DNA of 26,451 nt from Chthoniobacteraceae bacterium. GTDB taxonomy: Bacteria > Verrucomicrobiota > Verrucomicrobiia > Chthoniobacterales > Chthoniobacteraceae. How positions within the stretch are numbered: the first letter of the stretch is position 1; every line of letters begins with the position of its first letter. Shown here in pieces: positions 18,066-26,451 of the stretch. Both the position numbers and the translations under genes were made by a program. The notes below the pieces were generated by a model, which was not told where the DNA came from, made no database searches, and was given only the letters and a program-made list of their open reading frames with translations. The stretch spans positions 1 through 26,451 of the forward strand of contig JANNWY010000092.1 in NCBI GenBank assembly GCA_031409335.1, in the 5' to 3' direction.

Positions 18066-21000
18066 CTACTGGCGATGCACCGCCGCCCACGCCGCTCGCA
18101 GTTCTTCGCGCGTGAGCGGGACGAGGCCGCCGCCGGGTTCGAGGCGGTGCATTGAGAGCACGCGGGCGAGCGCATCCATCTCGGCGAGCGGACGCGGTGG
18201 TGCGGTGAAATCCCACACGTTCACGCCGCCGCGGCTGTCGCCGCTGGCCACGCGCCCGGCGCGGCTCCAGTGGGCGCTCACGATTTCGTCCTCCGCCATC
18301 GTGCCATCGCGCTGGTTCTTTGGCTTGCGCGGCGGCTGGCCTCGATGATGTAGAGTGGCTGCGGCGTCGCCGGTCGCGGTTTCCCAGATGCGGAATTCGC
18401 GGTTCGAGCGAATCCAGACGAGCAGGCCATCGGGCGAAAATCCCACGTCGCTGATCCGGTCATCGTGCTGGATGGGCGCGAGTGCGCGCTGCCCGTCGCG
18501 CAAGCGCCAGAGCCAGAGCCGCTGATCGCGCGTGCCGGTGGCGAGCAGATCGCCGGCGGGTGAAAACGCGGCCTGCTTCACGGCGGCGGCGTGTTTGAAA
18601 CGCGGGAGAATTTCGCGCCCCGTCGCCGCATCGATCACGCGCAAATCTCCGGGCAGCGTATCCGGCCACGACCACCAGACGGCGAGCCGTCGGCCCGTCG
18701 CGTCGAAGCGCGCGCCCGCCTCGCGCCATTTGCCGCCTTCGATAAAAGGCTCGCCAATGCGCGCGCCCGCCGCCGCGTCCCAAAGCTGCACGGCATCATC
18801 CGCGATCGTGACGAGCCGCGCGCCGTCCGCGCCGAACGCGCAGTGCAGCGCGCCGCCGCTCGCGAGCGTGTGCTGCACGGTGCCGGTGGCCGGATCGCAG
18901 AGCAGCGTTTCTTTTTCCAAAAGCACCGCCGCGCGCCGCCCGTCCGCGCTCAGCGCCACATCGCGGATCGCGCCCGCGCAGGGAATGAGCGGCCCGGCAG
19001 GCTCGCCGCTCTCCGCATCCCACAGCCGCGCGCCGTGCGTGCCGCCGACGAAAACCAACCGCCCCGTCGCATCCGGCGCGGCGCAAGTCGCCGCTTCACC
19101 TAGCACGCGATCTTCTCCGGCGGGCTCGAAAATGCGGAGCGGGTCCGGGCGAAAAGGAACCGCTTCCTCGTCGAGCTTGCGCTCGGCGATTACGGGCCGG
19201 CCGGTGCTCGCATCGCGTGCGCTGAGCCGCGCATCCCCGCCGATGCTGTGCAGGACAGTGCCCGCGGCATTCCACCACATGGCGAGTGCGGGCGATGTTC
19301 GCTCCGCGCTCCACGCGGTGCCATTGAGCGCGGGCAGTTTCCACAGCCGCACCGCAGGCTCGCCGCTCAAGCAAAGAAGCGTCCTGCCATCGGGACTGAG
19401 GGCGACGCCGCCGGGCCGTCCATCCGCCCAGAGCAAGGGCGTGAGCGGCCTGGCCGCGTCCGCATCCCAGACCTGCGCCGCGCCGTTTTCGCCCGCGAGC
19501 GCGAAGATATTGCGCCGGGCGGCAAAGGTCGCTGCCGCGGTGCGCGCACCGATGGGGACATCGAAGAGCAGCCGGTCGGTCGCGCCTTCGCGCAGCATCG
19601 AGCCGCCGACGGCGCGCGTGAGCACCACCCAGCGCGTGCCGCTGAGCCAGCCGTGCTTGATGCTGCCGCTGGCCTTCGTCTCGCCGCGCGCCACGATCGC
19701 GCCATTGGTGAGATCGAGGACCGCGAGCCGGCCCTCGCCTTTCACGCGCAATCCGGCGAAGCGGCCGGCGGGGTCGAAATTTCCAAAGTCCGGCTCGCCG
19801 CCGAAATCCAGCGGCGGCATCACGAGCGAGCGCGATTCGACATCCCACAGCATCAGACTGCGCTTCGAGCCGGCGAGGAGGCGCGTGCCGTCGGGCGAGA
19901 TCACGACCCACTCGATTTTTTCCGGCGGCGAAAAGGTCGCGTCCACCGCGCCATCGAGCGCGGAGACGCAGGTGGCAATGCCCGCGGCGCGCTGCCACGC
20001 GGCGAGGCGCAGGCGCGGCCCGCCGAACACGGCGCGCACATGCGGTTCGCCCGGCAGGGTGGCGAGCGCGGTGCTGGTGGTGGCATCCCAAATCGTGATC
20101 TGGTCGTCCCGCGTGCTGGTCACGATGCGGGTCGCGCGCGCATCCGTCCACACCCGCCGCACTTCGCCCAAGTTCCACATCGGCGGCGAAACTGCCGCAC
20201 CCGTCGCCGCATCCCACACGCGCGTTTCGTTGCCGGCATTGATGATCACGCGCCCGCTTTCCCCGGCAAACTGCACATCGCTCGCCGCCTCCGGCAGCCA
20301 GAGCTGCGCGAGCCGCGGAGCCTGGCGCACCGCCATTTCAAAACGCAGCCGCGCCACCTGCTCCCGCGCCGGATCGCCGAGCCCGAGCCGCAGCGCCTCG
20401 ACAAAATGCGGCAGCCCACGCAGCGCATCGCGCTCGTCCGCCAGGCGCAGCCCGGCGCGGATGTGCGCGTGCGCGAGCCGTTCGCGCGTTTTGCGTTCCG
20501 CCGCCTCCGCGCGCCGCCACTGCACCGCGATGCCCGCGGCGCTCGCGGCGAGCAGCACCGTGGCGATGGCCGTGAGCGCCACGAGCGTCGCAAGCGCGGG
20601 ATTTCGCCGCGCCCACAGCGCGGTTTTTTCCAGCGGTGAAACGGGCCGCGCCGCGATCGGGCGTCCCTCCAGCCAGCAGCGCAGATCGTCCGCCAGCGCA
20701 CCCGCGCTCGCGTAGCGCCGCGCCGGTTCCTTCGCGAGCGCCTTTAGCGCGATGATGGCGAGATCGCGCGGGACTTCGCGCAGCGGCGCGGGTTCCGTGC
20801 CGGTGATCGCGCGCAAGACCGCCGGGATCGAGTCGCCCTCGAAAGGCCGGCGCTGCGCGAGCAATTCGTGGAGGATGACGCCGAGGCTCCACACGTCGCT
20901 CGCCGTCGTCGCCGCGCGGGCGCCGTGCTCGGCGATTTCCGGCGCGAGATAGTGCGGCGTGCCGAGCACGGCGGTGGTGCGCGTGAGTTCGGAATCCGCC

Positions 21001-21590
21001 ACATCGAGCAGTTTCGCGAGACCGAAATCGCTGACGAACGCGTGCGCGCTTTCATCGAAAAGAATGTTCCCCGGCTTCAGATCGCGATGCAGCACCGCGC
21101 GCATGTGCGCGTGCTGCACGGCCTCCGCGACGCGCGCGATCAGCGCCGCGATCTCGCGCCACTTTCCCGCGTAGCCGCCGAGCCGCTGCGCGAGCGTGCC
21201 GCCAGCCGCGAGCTTCATGGTGAAATACGGGATGCCATCCTGCTCGCCGAATGCGAACACCGGCAGGATCGCGGGGTGTTCGAGATCGGCCATCGCCTTT
21301 GCCTCCTGGCGAAAGCGCACGAGCGCGCCCGGCGAATCCAGCTCCGCCCCGCGCATCGTTTTCAAAGCAACCACCCGCTCCGGCTCGCGCTGCCGCGCGC
21401 GATAGACCACGCCCATTCCGCCGCGCGCGATTTCGCCGATCAACTCATGCCCGCCGATGTTCCCGAGCGCGCCGTCCTCCACCGCGACTCGGAACGCATC
21501 CGAAAACAAACACGCCGGGCAATGCCCGTGATGCCGCGATACGTCGAGCGGAGCGCCACAGGTGTTGCAGGTGGTTTGAGGGGAGATCAT
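18066..21590 (-). CDS. Hanks-type Ser/Thr protein kinase with N-terminal Cys knuckle, hydrophobic helix and WD40 repeats (about 1174 aa)
   Basis: CNTCG...CPAC; GEIARGGMGVVY, VALK, HRDLKPGN, DFG and GTPHYLAPE; hydrophobic LATLVALTAIATVLLAASAAGIAVQW; many (V/L)WD repeats. Start placed at ATG 21590 because the upstream GTG 21641 overlaps a repeat element. Confidence 0.92.
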   Translation of the reverse strand: MISPQTTCNTCGAPLDVSRHHGHCPACLFSDAFRVAVEDGALGNIGGHELIGEIARGGMGVVYRARQREPERVVALKTMRGAELDSPGALVRFRQEAKAMADLEHPAILPVFAFGEQDGIPYFTMKLAAGGTLAQRLGGYAGKWREIAALIARVAEAVQHAHMRAVLHRDLKPGNILFDESAHAFVSDFGLAKLLDVADSELTRTTAVLGTPHYLAPEIAEHGARAATTASDVWSLGVILHELLAQRRPFEGDSIPAVLRAITGTEPAPLREVPRDLAIIALKALAKEPARRYASAGALADDLRCWLEGRPIAARPVSPLEKTALWARRNPALATLVALTAIATVLLAASAAGIAVQWRRAEAAERKTRERLAHAHIRAGLRLADERDALRGLPHFVEALRLGLGDPAREQVARLRFEMAVRQAPRLAQLWLPEAASDVQFAGESGRVIINAGNETRVWDAATGAAVSPPMWNLGEVRRVWTDARATRIVTSTRDDQITIWDATTSTALATLPGEPHVRAVFGGPRLRLAAWQRAAGIATCVSALDGAVDATFSPPEKIEWVVISPDGTRLLAGSKRSLMLWDVESRSLVMPPLDFGGEPDFGNFDPAGRFAGLRVKGEGRLAVLDLTNGAIVARGETKASGSIKHGWLSGTRWVVLTRAVGGSMLREGATDRLLFDVPIGARTAAATFAARRNIFALAGENGAAQVWDADAARPLTPLLWADGRPGGVALSPDGRTLLCLSGEPAVRLWKLPALNGTAWSAERTSPALAMWWNAAGTVLHSIGGDARLSARDASTGRPVIAERKLDEEAVPFRPDPLRIFEPAGEDRVLGEAATCAAPDATGRLVFVGGTHGARLWDAESGEPAGPLIPCAGAIRDVALSADGRRAAVLLEKETLLCDPATGTVQHTLASGGALHCAFGADGARLVTIADDAVQLWDAAAGARIGEPFIEGGKWREAGARFDATGRRLAVWWSWPDTLPGDLRVIDAATGREILPRFKHAAAVKQAAFSPAGDLLATGTRDQRLWLWRLRDGQRALAPIQHDDRISDVGFSPDGLLVWIRSNREFRIWETATGDAAATLHHRGQPPRKPKNQRDGTMAEDEIVSAHWSRAGRVASGDSRGGVNVWDFTAPPRPLAEMDALARVLSMHRLEPGGGLVPLTREELRAAWAAVHRQ

Positions 21591-21639
21591 CGCCACAGGT
21601 ATTGCGGATGCCGGGGAAAAAGTTTCACGCGGCGAGACC

Positions 21640-21784
<145 letters not shown>

Positions 21785-21793
21785 AGGAGGCCG

Positions 21794-22507
21794 CTAGCCG
21801 CAGTCCGGCGAGCAGAGCACGCGATGCAGGTAGGCGAGTTCCCCGTCGATCTCGTGCGCGGCGCTGACCGTGCGCGCCACCGCCGCGCGGAGTTCCTCGC
21901 GAAAATGCTGCCGCACGCGATGCACCGCCGTCTTCAATGCCGGCAATGAAAGCCCCGCCTGCGCCGCCCCGTTTTCGTAAGTCGGCGGCTGGCTGGCACC
22001 CGGCAGGAATTGCGAAATCACCGCCCACTCGCGCGCGCGTCCACCTTCCAAAAACGGCCGCGCGGCGCCAGCGAGCGCCGCATCCATGAGTTGCCGCGCC
22101 CACTCCCGGTCGAAAACGCGGTCGCCTTCCTCGCTCACTGCCGCCGGCTCGAAACCATTCTCCGCCAGTTCATCGAGACTGCCGATGAACGCCCCACCAC
22201 CCCGGAATTCCGCCTCACCCCGCGCCCGCACCCGCCCGACGACGTGCATCAGCGTGCCAAGCAGAAAGGTGCGAAATTTTCCCCGCGCCCGATCCGCCCG
22301 CTTCCACGCGCGCGACTCGAGCAGGCGGAGAAAAAACTCCTGCGCGAGATCCTCGGCCGCATTCGGCGGGTAGCCGCGCTGGATCAGGAACGCGACGACC
22401 GGCGCACGATACGACTGGCAGAGCCGAGCGAGCGCCGAGCGCGCTTCGGCATCGCCGCTGAGGCTGGCCGCTGCGAGCAGGCTCCAATGGGTGGTGGGGA
22501 AAAACAC
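21794..22507 (-). CDS. ECF-type sigma-70 factor of the kinase-associated type (about 237 aa)
   Basis: FPTTHWSLL N-terminus, LCQSYRAPV, AEDLAQEFF, RGKFRTFL, FDREWA and a region-4-like HTH (YENGAAQAGLSLPALKTAVHRVR); lies upstream of the kinase on the same strand. GTG 22507 preferred as start. Confidence 0.88.
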   Translation of the reverse strand: MFFPTTHWSLLAAASLSGDAEARSALARLCQSYRAPVVAFLIQRGYPPNAAEDLAQEFFLRLLESRAWKRADRARGKFRTFLLGTLMHVVGRVRARGEAEFRGGGAFIGSLDELAENGFEPAAVSEEGDRVFDREWARQLMDAALAGAARPFLEGGRAREWAVISQFLPGASQPPTYENGAAQAGLSLPALKTAVHRVRQHFREELRAAVARTVSAAHEIDGELAYLHRVLCSPDCG

Positions 22508-22513
22508 GCGGAC

Positions 22514-22542
22514 TTTATAGCACAAAAGAAAACTTTCGGGAA
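22514..22542 (-). promoter_or_regulatory. Candidate extended -10 promoter giving a leaderless ECF transcript
   Basis: Minus strand reads TTCCCG-N17-TATAAA with TGc directly before the -10 box; GTG 22507 follows 6 nt later with no SD. Confidence 0.45.
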
Positions 22543-22720
22543 AGTGCACGTCTCGATAAGGCGGGATGGCTTTGCGTTGATCCCGTGAACTCCACGCACC
22601 GATCGCCGATCGCGATTCTCCAGATCATTTTCCACCCGCGAAGACGAAGTGAAAATCCACAGCACCGCCAATGTGAACCGCGGAGCCCGCATCGCCCCCG
22701 AAGGCATCCGAGGGAGCGAA

Positions 22721-22956
22721 CGCAAAGTAGTCCAGAACTTTAGCAGACTGTCGAAGAAGCCGCGGATTCCGATTCCGGATTCCTGCTCGTGCTCCTGCTC
22801 TTGATCTTGCTCCTCCGTTCCACCGAGTCACCGACCCTCGGATCGGGATCACGATCAGGCGCGAGAACAGGATCAGGAGCCCGCGCCGAGGTTTTTCAAC
22901 AGGCTGTTAGTCCGCGGTGGGGGTCCAGACCGACTAAAGTCGCGGACTACTTTGCG
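22721..22956. repeat. GTAG-tagged REP pair interrupted by a MITE-like insert
   Basis: CGCAAAGTAGTCCAGAACTTTAG (22721-22743) and inverse CTAAAGTCGCGGACTACTTTGCG (22934-22956); 20/23 match. Confidence 0.75.
22744..22906. mobile_element. 163-bp MITE-like element with IS5/IS1182-like terminal inverted repeats and a TTAG duplication
   Basis: TIRs CAGACTGTCGAAGAA (22744-22758) and TTTTTCAACAGGCTG (22892-22906), 12/15 match; direct repeat TTAG at 22740-22743 and 22907-22910; internal inverted hexamer arrays. Confidence 0.7.
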
Positions 22957-23008
22957 AGCGGAAAAGATTCCGCGTGCTCTCCGCGCAGTGCCTCGCTAAT
23001 CACTCCGC

Positions 23009-23818
23009 GTGCTCAGACTTCTTTTCCTCGGTGACATCATTGGCGAACCTGGACGCCGCGCGGTGGTCGAATCCCTGCCGCACTTGAAGGAGGAGCGCGG
23101 GCTCGACTTCATCGTCGTGAACGGCGAGAATTCCGCTGCGGGGCGCGGCATCACGCCGAAGATCAGCATCGACCTGCTGCGCGCGGGCGCGGCGGTCATC
23201 ACGAGTGGCGACCACATTTGGGATCAGCGCGAAATCGTGCCGTATCTCGATACCGAGCCGCGGCTGCTGCGCCCGCTGAATTACCCGCCTGGCACGCCCG
23301 GCCTCGGCTCGATCGTGCTCGATACGCCGAAGGGCAAAGTCGCCGTCGTCAACGCGCAGGGCCGCACTTTCATGCAGCCGCCGTTGGACAATCCGTTCCT
23401 CGCCATGCAGGCGGAAGTGGAGCGGCTGCGCCAGGAAACGCGCGTAATTTTCGTGGATATGCACGCGGAAACGACGAGCGAAAAAATCGCGATGGGCCGC
23501 TTTCTCGATGGTAAAGTGAGCGCCGTCGTCGGCACCCACACGCACACGCAGACGGCGGACGAACAGATTTTCCCAGGCGGCACCGCGTTCCTCTGCGATG
23601 CGGGGATGTGCGGTCCGGTCGAGAGCTGCCTCGGGCGCGAGATTGAGCCGATCGTGAAGAAATTTCTCACGGGCAGACCGGTCATGTTTCCCGTCGCGCG
23701 CGGGGCGGTGAAGCTGCACGGAGCGATCATCGACATCGACGAGCAAACCGGGCGCGCGCTGCGCATCGAGCGGTTCGCGCAGATGTTTCAAAACTCCGGG
23801 GATTCGCACGAACATTGA
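23009..23818 (+). CDS. ymdB: YmdB/TIGR00282-family metallophosphoesterase (269 aa)
   Basis: LFLGDIIGEPGR, VNGENSAAGRGIT, TSGDHIWD, LRPLNYP, VDMHAETTSEK, VGTHTHTQTAD and DAGMCGP motifs. Confidence 0.93.
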   Translation: MLRLLFLGDIIGEPGRRAVVESLPHLKEERGLDFIVVNGENSAAGRGITPKISIDLLRAGAAVITSGDHIWDQREIVPYLDTEPRLLRPLNYPPGTPGLGSIVLDTPKGKVAVVNAQGRTFMQPPLDNPFLAMQAEVERLRQETRVIFVDMHAETTSEKIAMGRFLDGKVSAVVGTHTHTQTADEQIFPGGTAFLCDAGMCGPVESCLGREIEPIVKKFLTGRPVMFPVARGAVKLHGAIIDIDEQTGRALRIERFAQMFQNSGDSHEH

Positions 23819-23987
23819 ATGGCAGGCGCGCTGCCCGCGTCTCCGGTTCATGACCAAATTGCTGCTTGAATGTGCTGCCGGTTTCCGGTCGCCTCCCTAG
23901 CGGCATGCGTAGCTTTTCTATTGGCTCCGCAGATGTCTCAAGAGCAATAAACAACCCAACAAACCCAGAGAGAAATCACACTTAGAT

Positions 23988-24446
23988 ATGAAAACCCTGT
24001 TCACCCTCGCCACCATCAGCGCCGTCGCCTTCGCCCTGCCATTGAGCAGCTTCGCCGCTCCGAAAAAAGAAGCCGCGGCAGCGGCCGGAGAAGCCAAGAA
24101 ACCAGCCGCGGCCGCCGCCGATGCAGTCAAAGCCGCCAAGCCGCTCCCGATGCACAGTCGCGCGGACGCGATCGATGCAGCGGGCAAGAGTTTCACGACG
24201 ACGCGCAAGAAGGATGGAGCCTCGATCAAGCACGTCGTGACCGCGACGACTGAGATCAAGAACGGCGATGCGGCCGCGAAGTTCGAGGACATCAAGGCCG
24301 GCGATTTCGTCAATGGCCTGCGCAACAAGAAGAGCGACACCGAATATGAAGTGGTGAAGATCACCAGCTTCGGACCTGCTGCCATGAAGAAAGCGGGCGA
24401 CGCTCCGAAGAAGGAGATGAAGAAGGAAGCGAAGAAAGCCGAGTAA
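23988..24446 (+). CDS. Small secreted Lys/Ala-rich protein with a central beta domain (152 aa)
   Basis: Signal peptide MKTLFTLATISAVAFALPLSSFA; A-rich leader; followed by a terminator. Confidence 0.85.
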   Translation: MKTLFTLATISAVAFALPLSSFAAPKKEAAAAAGEAKKPAAAAADAVKAAKPLPMHSRADAIDAAGKSFTTTRKKDGASIKHVVTATTEIKNGDAAAKFEDIKAGDFVNGLRNKKSDTEYEVVKITSFGPAAMKKAGDAPKKEMKKEAKKAE

Positions 24447-24476
24447 CTTTCCGAACGATCTTCCGCGCAGTTTTTG

Positions 24477-24513
24477 AAACCGGCACCCGGAACGATTCGG
24501 GTGCCGGTTTTTT
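24477..24513 (+). terminator. Rho-independent terminator
   Basis: AAACCGGCACCCG-loop-CGGGTGCCGGTTTTTT, 30 nt after stop 24446. Confidence 0.85.
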
Positions 24514-24613
24514 CGTGGCTGCCGCGCCCTCGTAGCTGCGGCGCCCCGTCGCAGCCACTGCTAAGAAACTTCCCCGCTTGCGCTTTGCACTCGGGAACGA
24601 ATACTTCCCACCC

Positions 24614-26365
24614 ATGCCGCCAGCCACTCTTCGGTCTGAAACTCCCACGGTCTCACTGACCCTCCCGCGCCCGGTGCCGGTGCAGCGTTTTCGCCAGCCG
24701 AAGAAGAACATCCCGCAGACGGCCATCCAGCGGAATCAAGTGCTGGAGCGGTGCCGCAGTTATGTCGCCGAGTTTTCGCCGGTGCCGCCGATGCCGGCGG
24801 AGGAGTTGAAAATTCACGCGGACAAAATCGTCGCGGAACTCGGGCTGGAGCCGATCCATCGCGATTACGTCGGCGTCCTGCTGAACAACGAAATGTGGCG
24901 CGAGCAACTCGCCGGGGTGCCTTTTGAAAAGCGGCTGCTGCTGCTCCCGAAATGTCTGCGCATCGAGAGCAAATGCCCCGCGCCGTTCGATGAATTCGGG
25001 CTGCTTTGCAAACAATGCGGGCTTTGCTCCATTCAGGATTTGCAGGCAGAAGCGGAGCGGCTCGGCTACGCGGTGCTCGTCGCGGAAGGCAGCGCGATCG
25101 TGATGTCGCTGATCCAAACGGGGAAGATCGAGGCGATCGTCGGCGTGAGCTGCATCAGCGTGCTGGAACGCGCGTTTCCCTACATGGAAGCGGCGGCGAT
25201 TCCCGGCGTTGCGATCCCGCTGCTGCAGGACGACTGCATCGACACGACCGTCGATCTCGATTGGATCTGGGATTACATCCACCTCACTGGCGACGATCAG
25301 ACGCGACGAATGGATCTCGGCCAGCTCCGCGAGGAAGTCGATTTCTGGTTCACGCCGCTGAACCTCGACACGATCATGGGGCCGGCGCAGGGCGCTTCGG
25401 AAAAAATCGCGCGCGAGTGGCTCGGGCGCGCGGGCAAACGCTGGCGGCCCTTTCTCACCGTCTCCGCGTATCAGGCGCTGCGCACCACGCCCGGCGCACC
25501 GATCCCCGAAGACCTCCGCAAAGTCGCCGTCGCCATCGAATGCTTCCACAAAGCCTCGCTCATCCACGACGACATCGAGGACAACGACGCGCAGCGTTAC
25601 GGCGAAAAAACGCTGCATGAAGAACATGGCATCGCCGTCGCGCTGAACGTCGGCGACCTGCTCATCGGCGAAGGCTACCGCCTGCTCGCCGCCTGCCGCG
25701 CCGGCGCTGAACAGAAAGCCGAAATGATCCGCATCGCCGCCGAAGGTCAGCGCGAACTCTGCCGCGGCCAGGGTGCGGAACTCGTCTGGGCGCGGAATCC
25801 CGCGCCGCTCAGCTCGCTCGAAGTCATCGACATCTTCCGCCAGAAAACCGCGCCCGCATTTTCCGTCGCGCTCAAACTCGGCGCAATCTACGCCGGGCAG
25901 CTCGAAGATGTGGAAGAAGTCCTGAACGATTACAGCGAAGCGCTCGGCATCGCCTACCAAATCCGCGACGACCTCAGCGACCTCGGTGCCAGTGGCGAGA
26001 CCAACGACATCGCCGGCCTCCGCCCGAGTCTGCTCCTCGCCAGCGCCTACGAGCGCGCCTCGCAAGACACGACGGGATCAGCGAAAACCAAACTCGAAGC
26101 CCACTGGCGCCGCCTCGCCGAATCGTCGCCCGCCGAAATCGAAGCCCTCTTCACCGAACTCGGAGCCGACACCCGCTGCCGCGATCTGCTCGAACGTTAC
26201 AAGGAAGAAGCCATCCGCACGCTCCGCGATGTGGAAAACCCCAACCTCAAGGGCTTGCTCCGCCGCGTGCTCGGGAAGATTTTCAACGACACGGAAATCA
26301 AAGGCTGGTGCAAGGAATTCGAGCAGAAAAACGGGGCGACGGTGATTTCGCTCACAACGGCCTGA
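24614..26365 (+). CDS. DUF116 (Cys-rich) / polyprenyl diphosphate synthase fusion (about 583 aa)
   Basis: N-terminal LLLLPKCLR...C...CKQCGLC...AEGS...IVGVSC...PLLQDDCIDT; C-terminal GKRWRP, HKASLIHDDIED (FARM), GQGAEL, KT and YQIRDDLSD (SARM). ATG 24614 chosen as start. Confidence 0.88.
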   Translation: MPPATLRSETPTVSLTLPRPVPVQRFRQPKKNIPQTAIQRNQVLERCRSYVAEFSPVPPMPAEELKIHADKIVAELGLEPIHRDYVGVLLNNEMWREQLAGVPFEKRLLLLPKCLRIESKCPAPFDEFGLLCKQCGLCSIQDLQAEAERLGYAVLVAEGSAIVMSLIQTGKIEAIVGVSCISVLERAFPYMEAAAIPGVAIPLLQDDCIDTTVDLDWIWDYIHLTGDDQTRRMDLGQLREEVDFWFTPLNLDTIMGPAQGASEKIAREWLGRAGKRWRPFLTVSAYQALRTTPGAPIPEDLRKVAVAIECFHKASLIHDDIEDNDAQRYGEKTLHEEHGIAVALNVGDLLIGEGYRLLAACRAGAEQKAEMIRIAAEGQRELCRGQGAELVWARNPAPLSSLEVIDIFRQKTAPAFSVALKLGAIYAGQLEDVEEVLNDYSEALGIAYQIRDDLSDLGASGETNDIAGLRPSLLLASAYERASQDTTGSAKTKLEAHWRRLAESSPAEIEALFTELGADTRCRDLLERYKEEAIRTLRDVENPNLKGLLRRVLGKIFNDTEIKGWCKEFEQKNGATVISLTTA

Positions 26366-26373
26366 CCCGCGTC

Positions 26374-26451
26374 GTGGCTTGCCGCTCCTGCGACAAGCCG
26401 GAAAAACGGAGGCTCCGCGCCACTTACCCGACTTGTCGCGGGAGCGACAAG
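26374..26451. repeat. GTGG-tagged REP pair, cut by the window edge
   Basis: GTGG-CTTGCCGC-TCCT-GCGACAAG-CCGG (26374-26401) and inverse CCGA-CTTGTCGC-GGGA-GCGACAAG (26428-26451); 21/24 match. Confidence 0.78.

Noticed and set aside
18532..20715. Long antisense or alternate-frame ORFs (727 aa here; also 12752-14368, 16259-18175, 24653-26065, 9461-10774)
   Set aside because: Typical stop-poor shadows of real genes in high-GC DNA, with no recognisable motifs.
22560..22720. Possible small ORF or gene remnant upstream of the ECF sigma gene
   Set aside because: Candidate frames start inside repeat elements and show no recognisable motif or RBS.
24515..24558. GTGGCTGC...GCAGCCAC short inverted repeat with an internal GTAGCTGC after the terminator
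   Set aside because: Possibly a decayed REP, but only 8 bp of pairing in GC-rich DNA; too weak to call.

Overview
High-GC bacterial chromosomal DNA; gene content (PEP-CTERM protein, ECF sigma plus Ser/Thr kinase-WD40 pair, DUF116-prenyltransferase fusion) suggests the PVC group, probably Verrucomicrobia (inference). In order, it holds a secreted hypothetical protein, a translationally coupled surface-polysaccharide-type cluster (two equal-length PaaK/CapK-like adenylate-forming enzymes, two DUF362-like proteins, a GT4 glycosyltransferase), carB, a PEP-CTERM autotransporter-repeat protein, an overlapping small ORF/nucleotidyltransferase pair, a secreted beta-helix-like protein, an ECF sigma/kinase pair, a YmdB-like phosphoesterase, a small secreted protein and a DUF116-polyprenyl synthetase. 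The main finding is that carB (1335 aa) carries an in-frame 732-bp (244-codon) cassette at 10818-11549. The cassette encodes an apparently intact REP-associated HUH tyrosine transposase (RAYT) and is bounded by inverted GTGG-tagged REP hairpin doublets that show compensatory base changes. Most intergenic gaps hold palindromic elements: inverted tandem arrays with 6-, 7-, 8- and 9-nt units, two copies of an '8-9-10'-spaced CACAGAG array on either side of carB, further REP-like pairs, and a triple-nested REP/MITE/hexamer element. All family assignments come from motif recognition by eye; no database searches were run.
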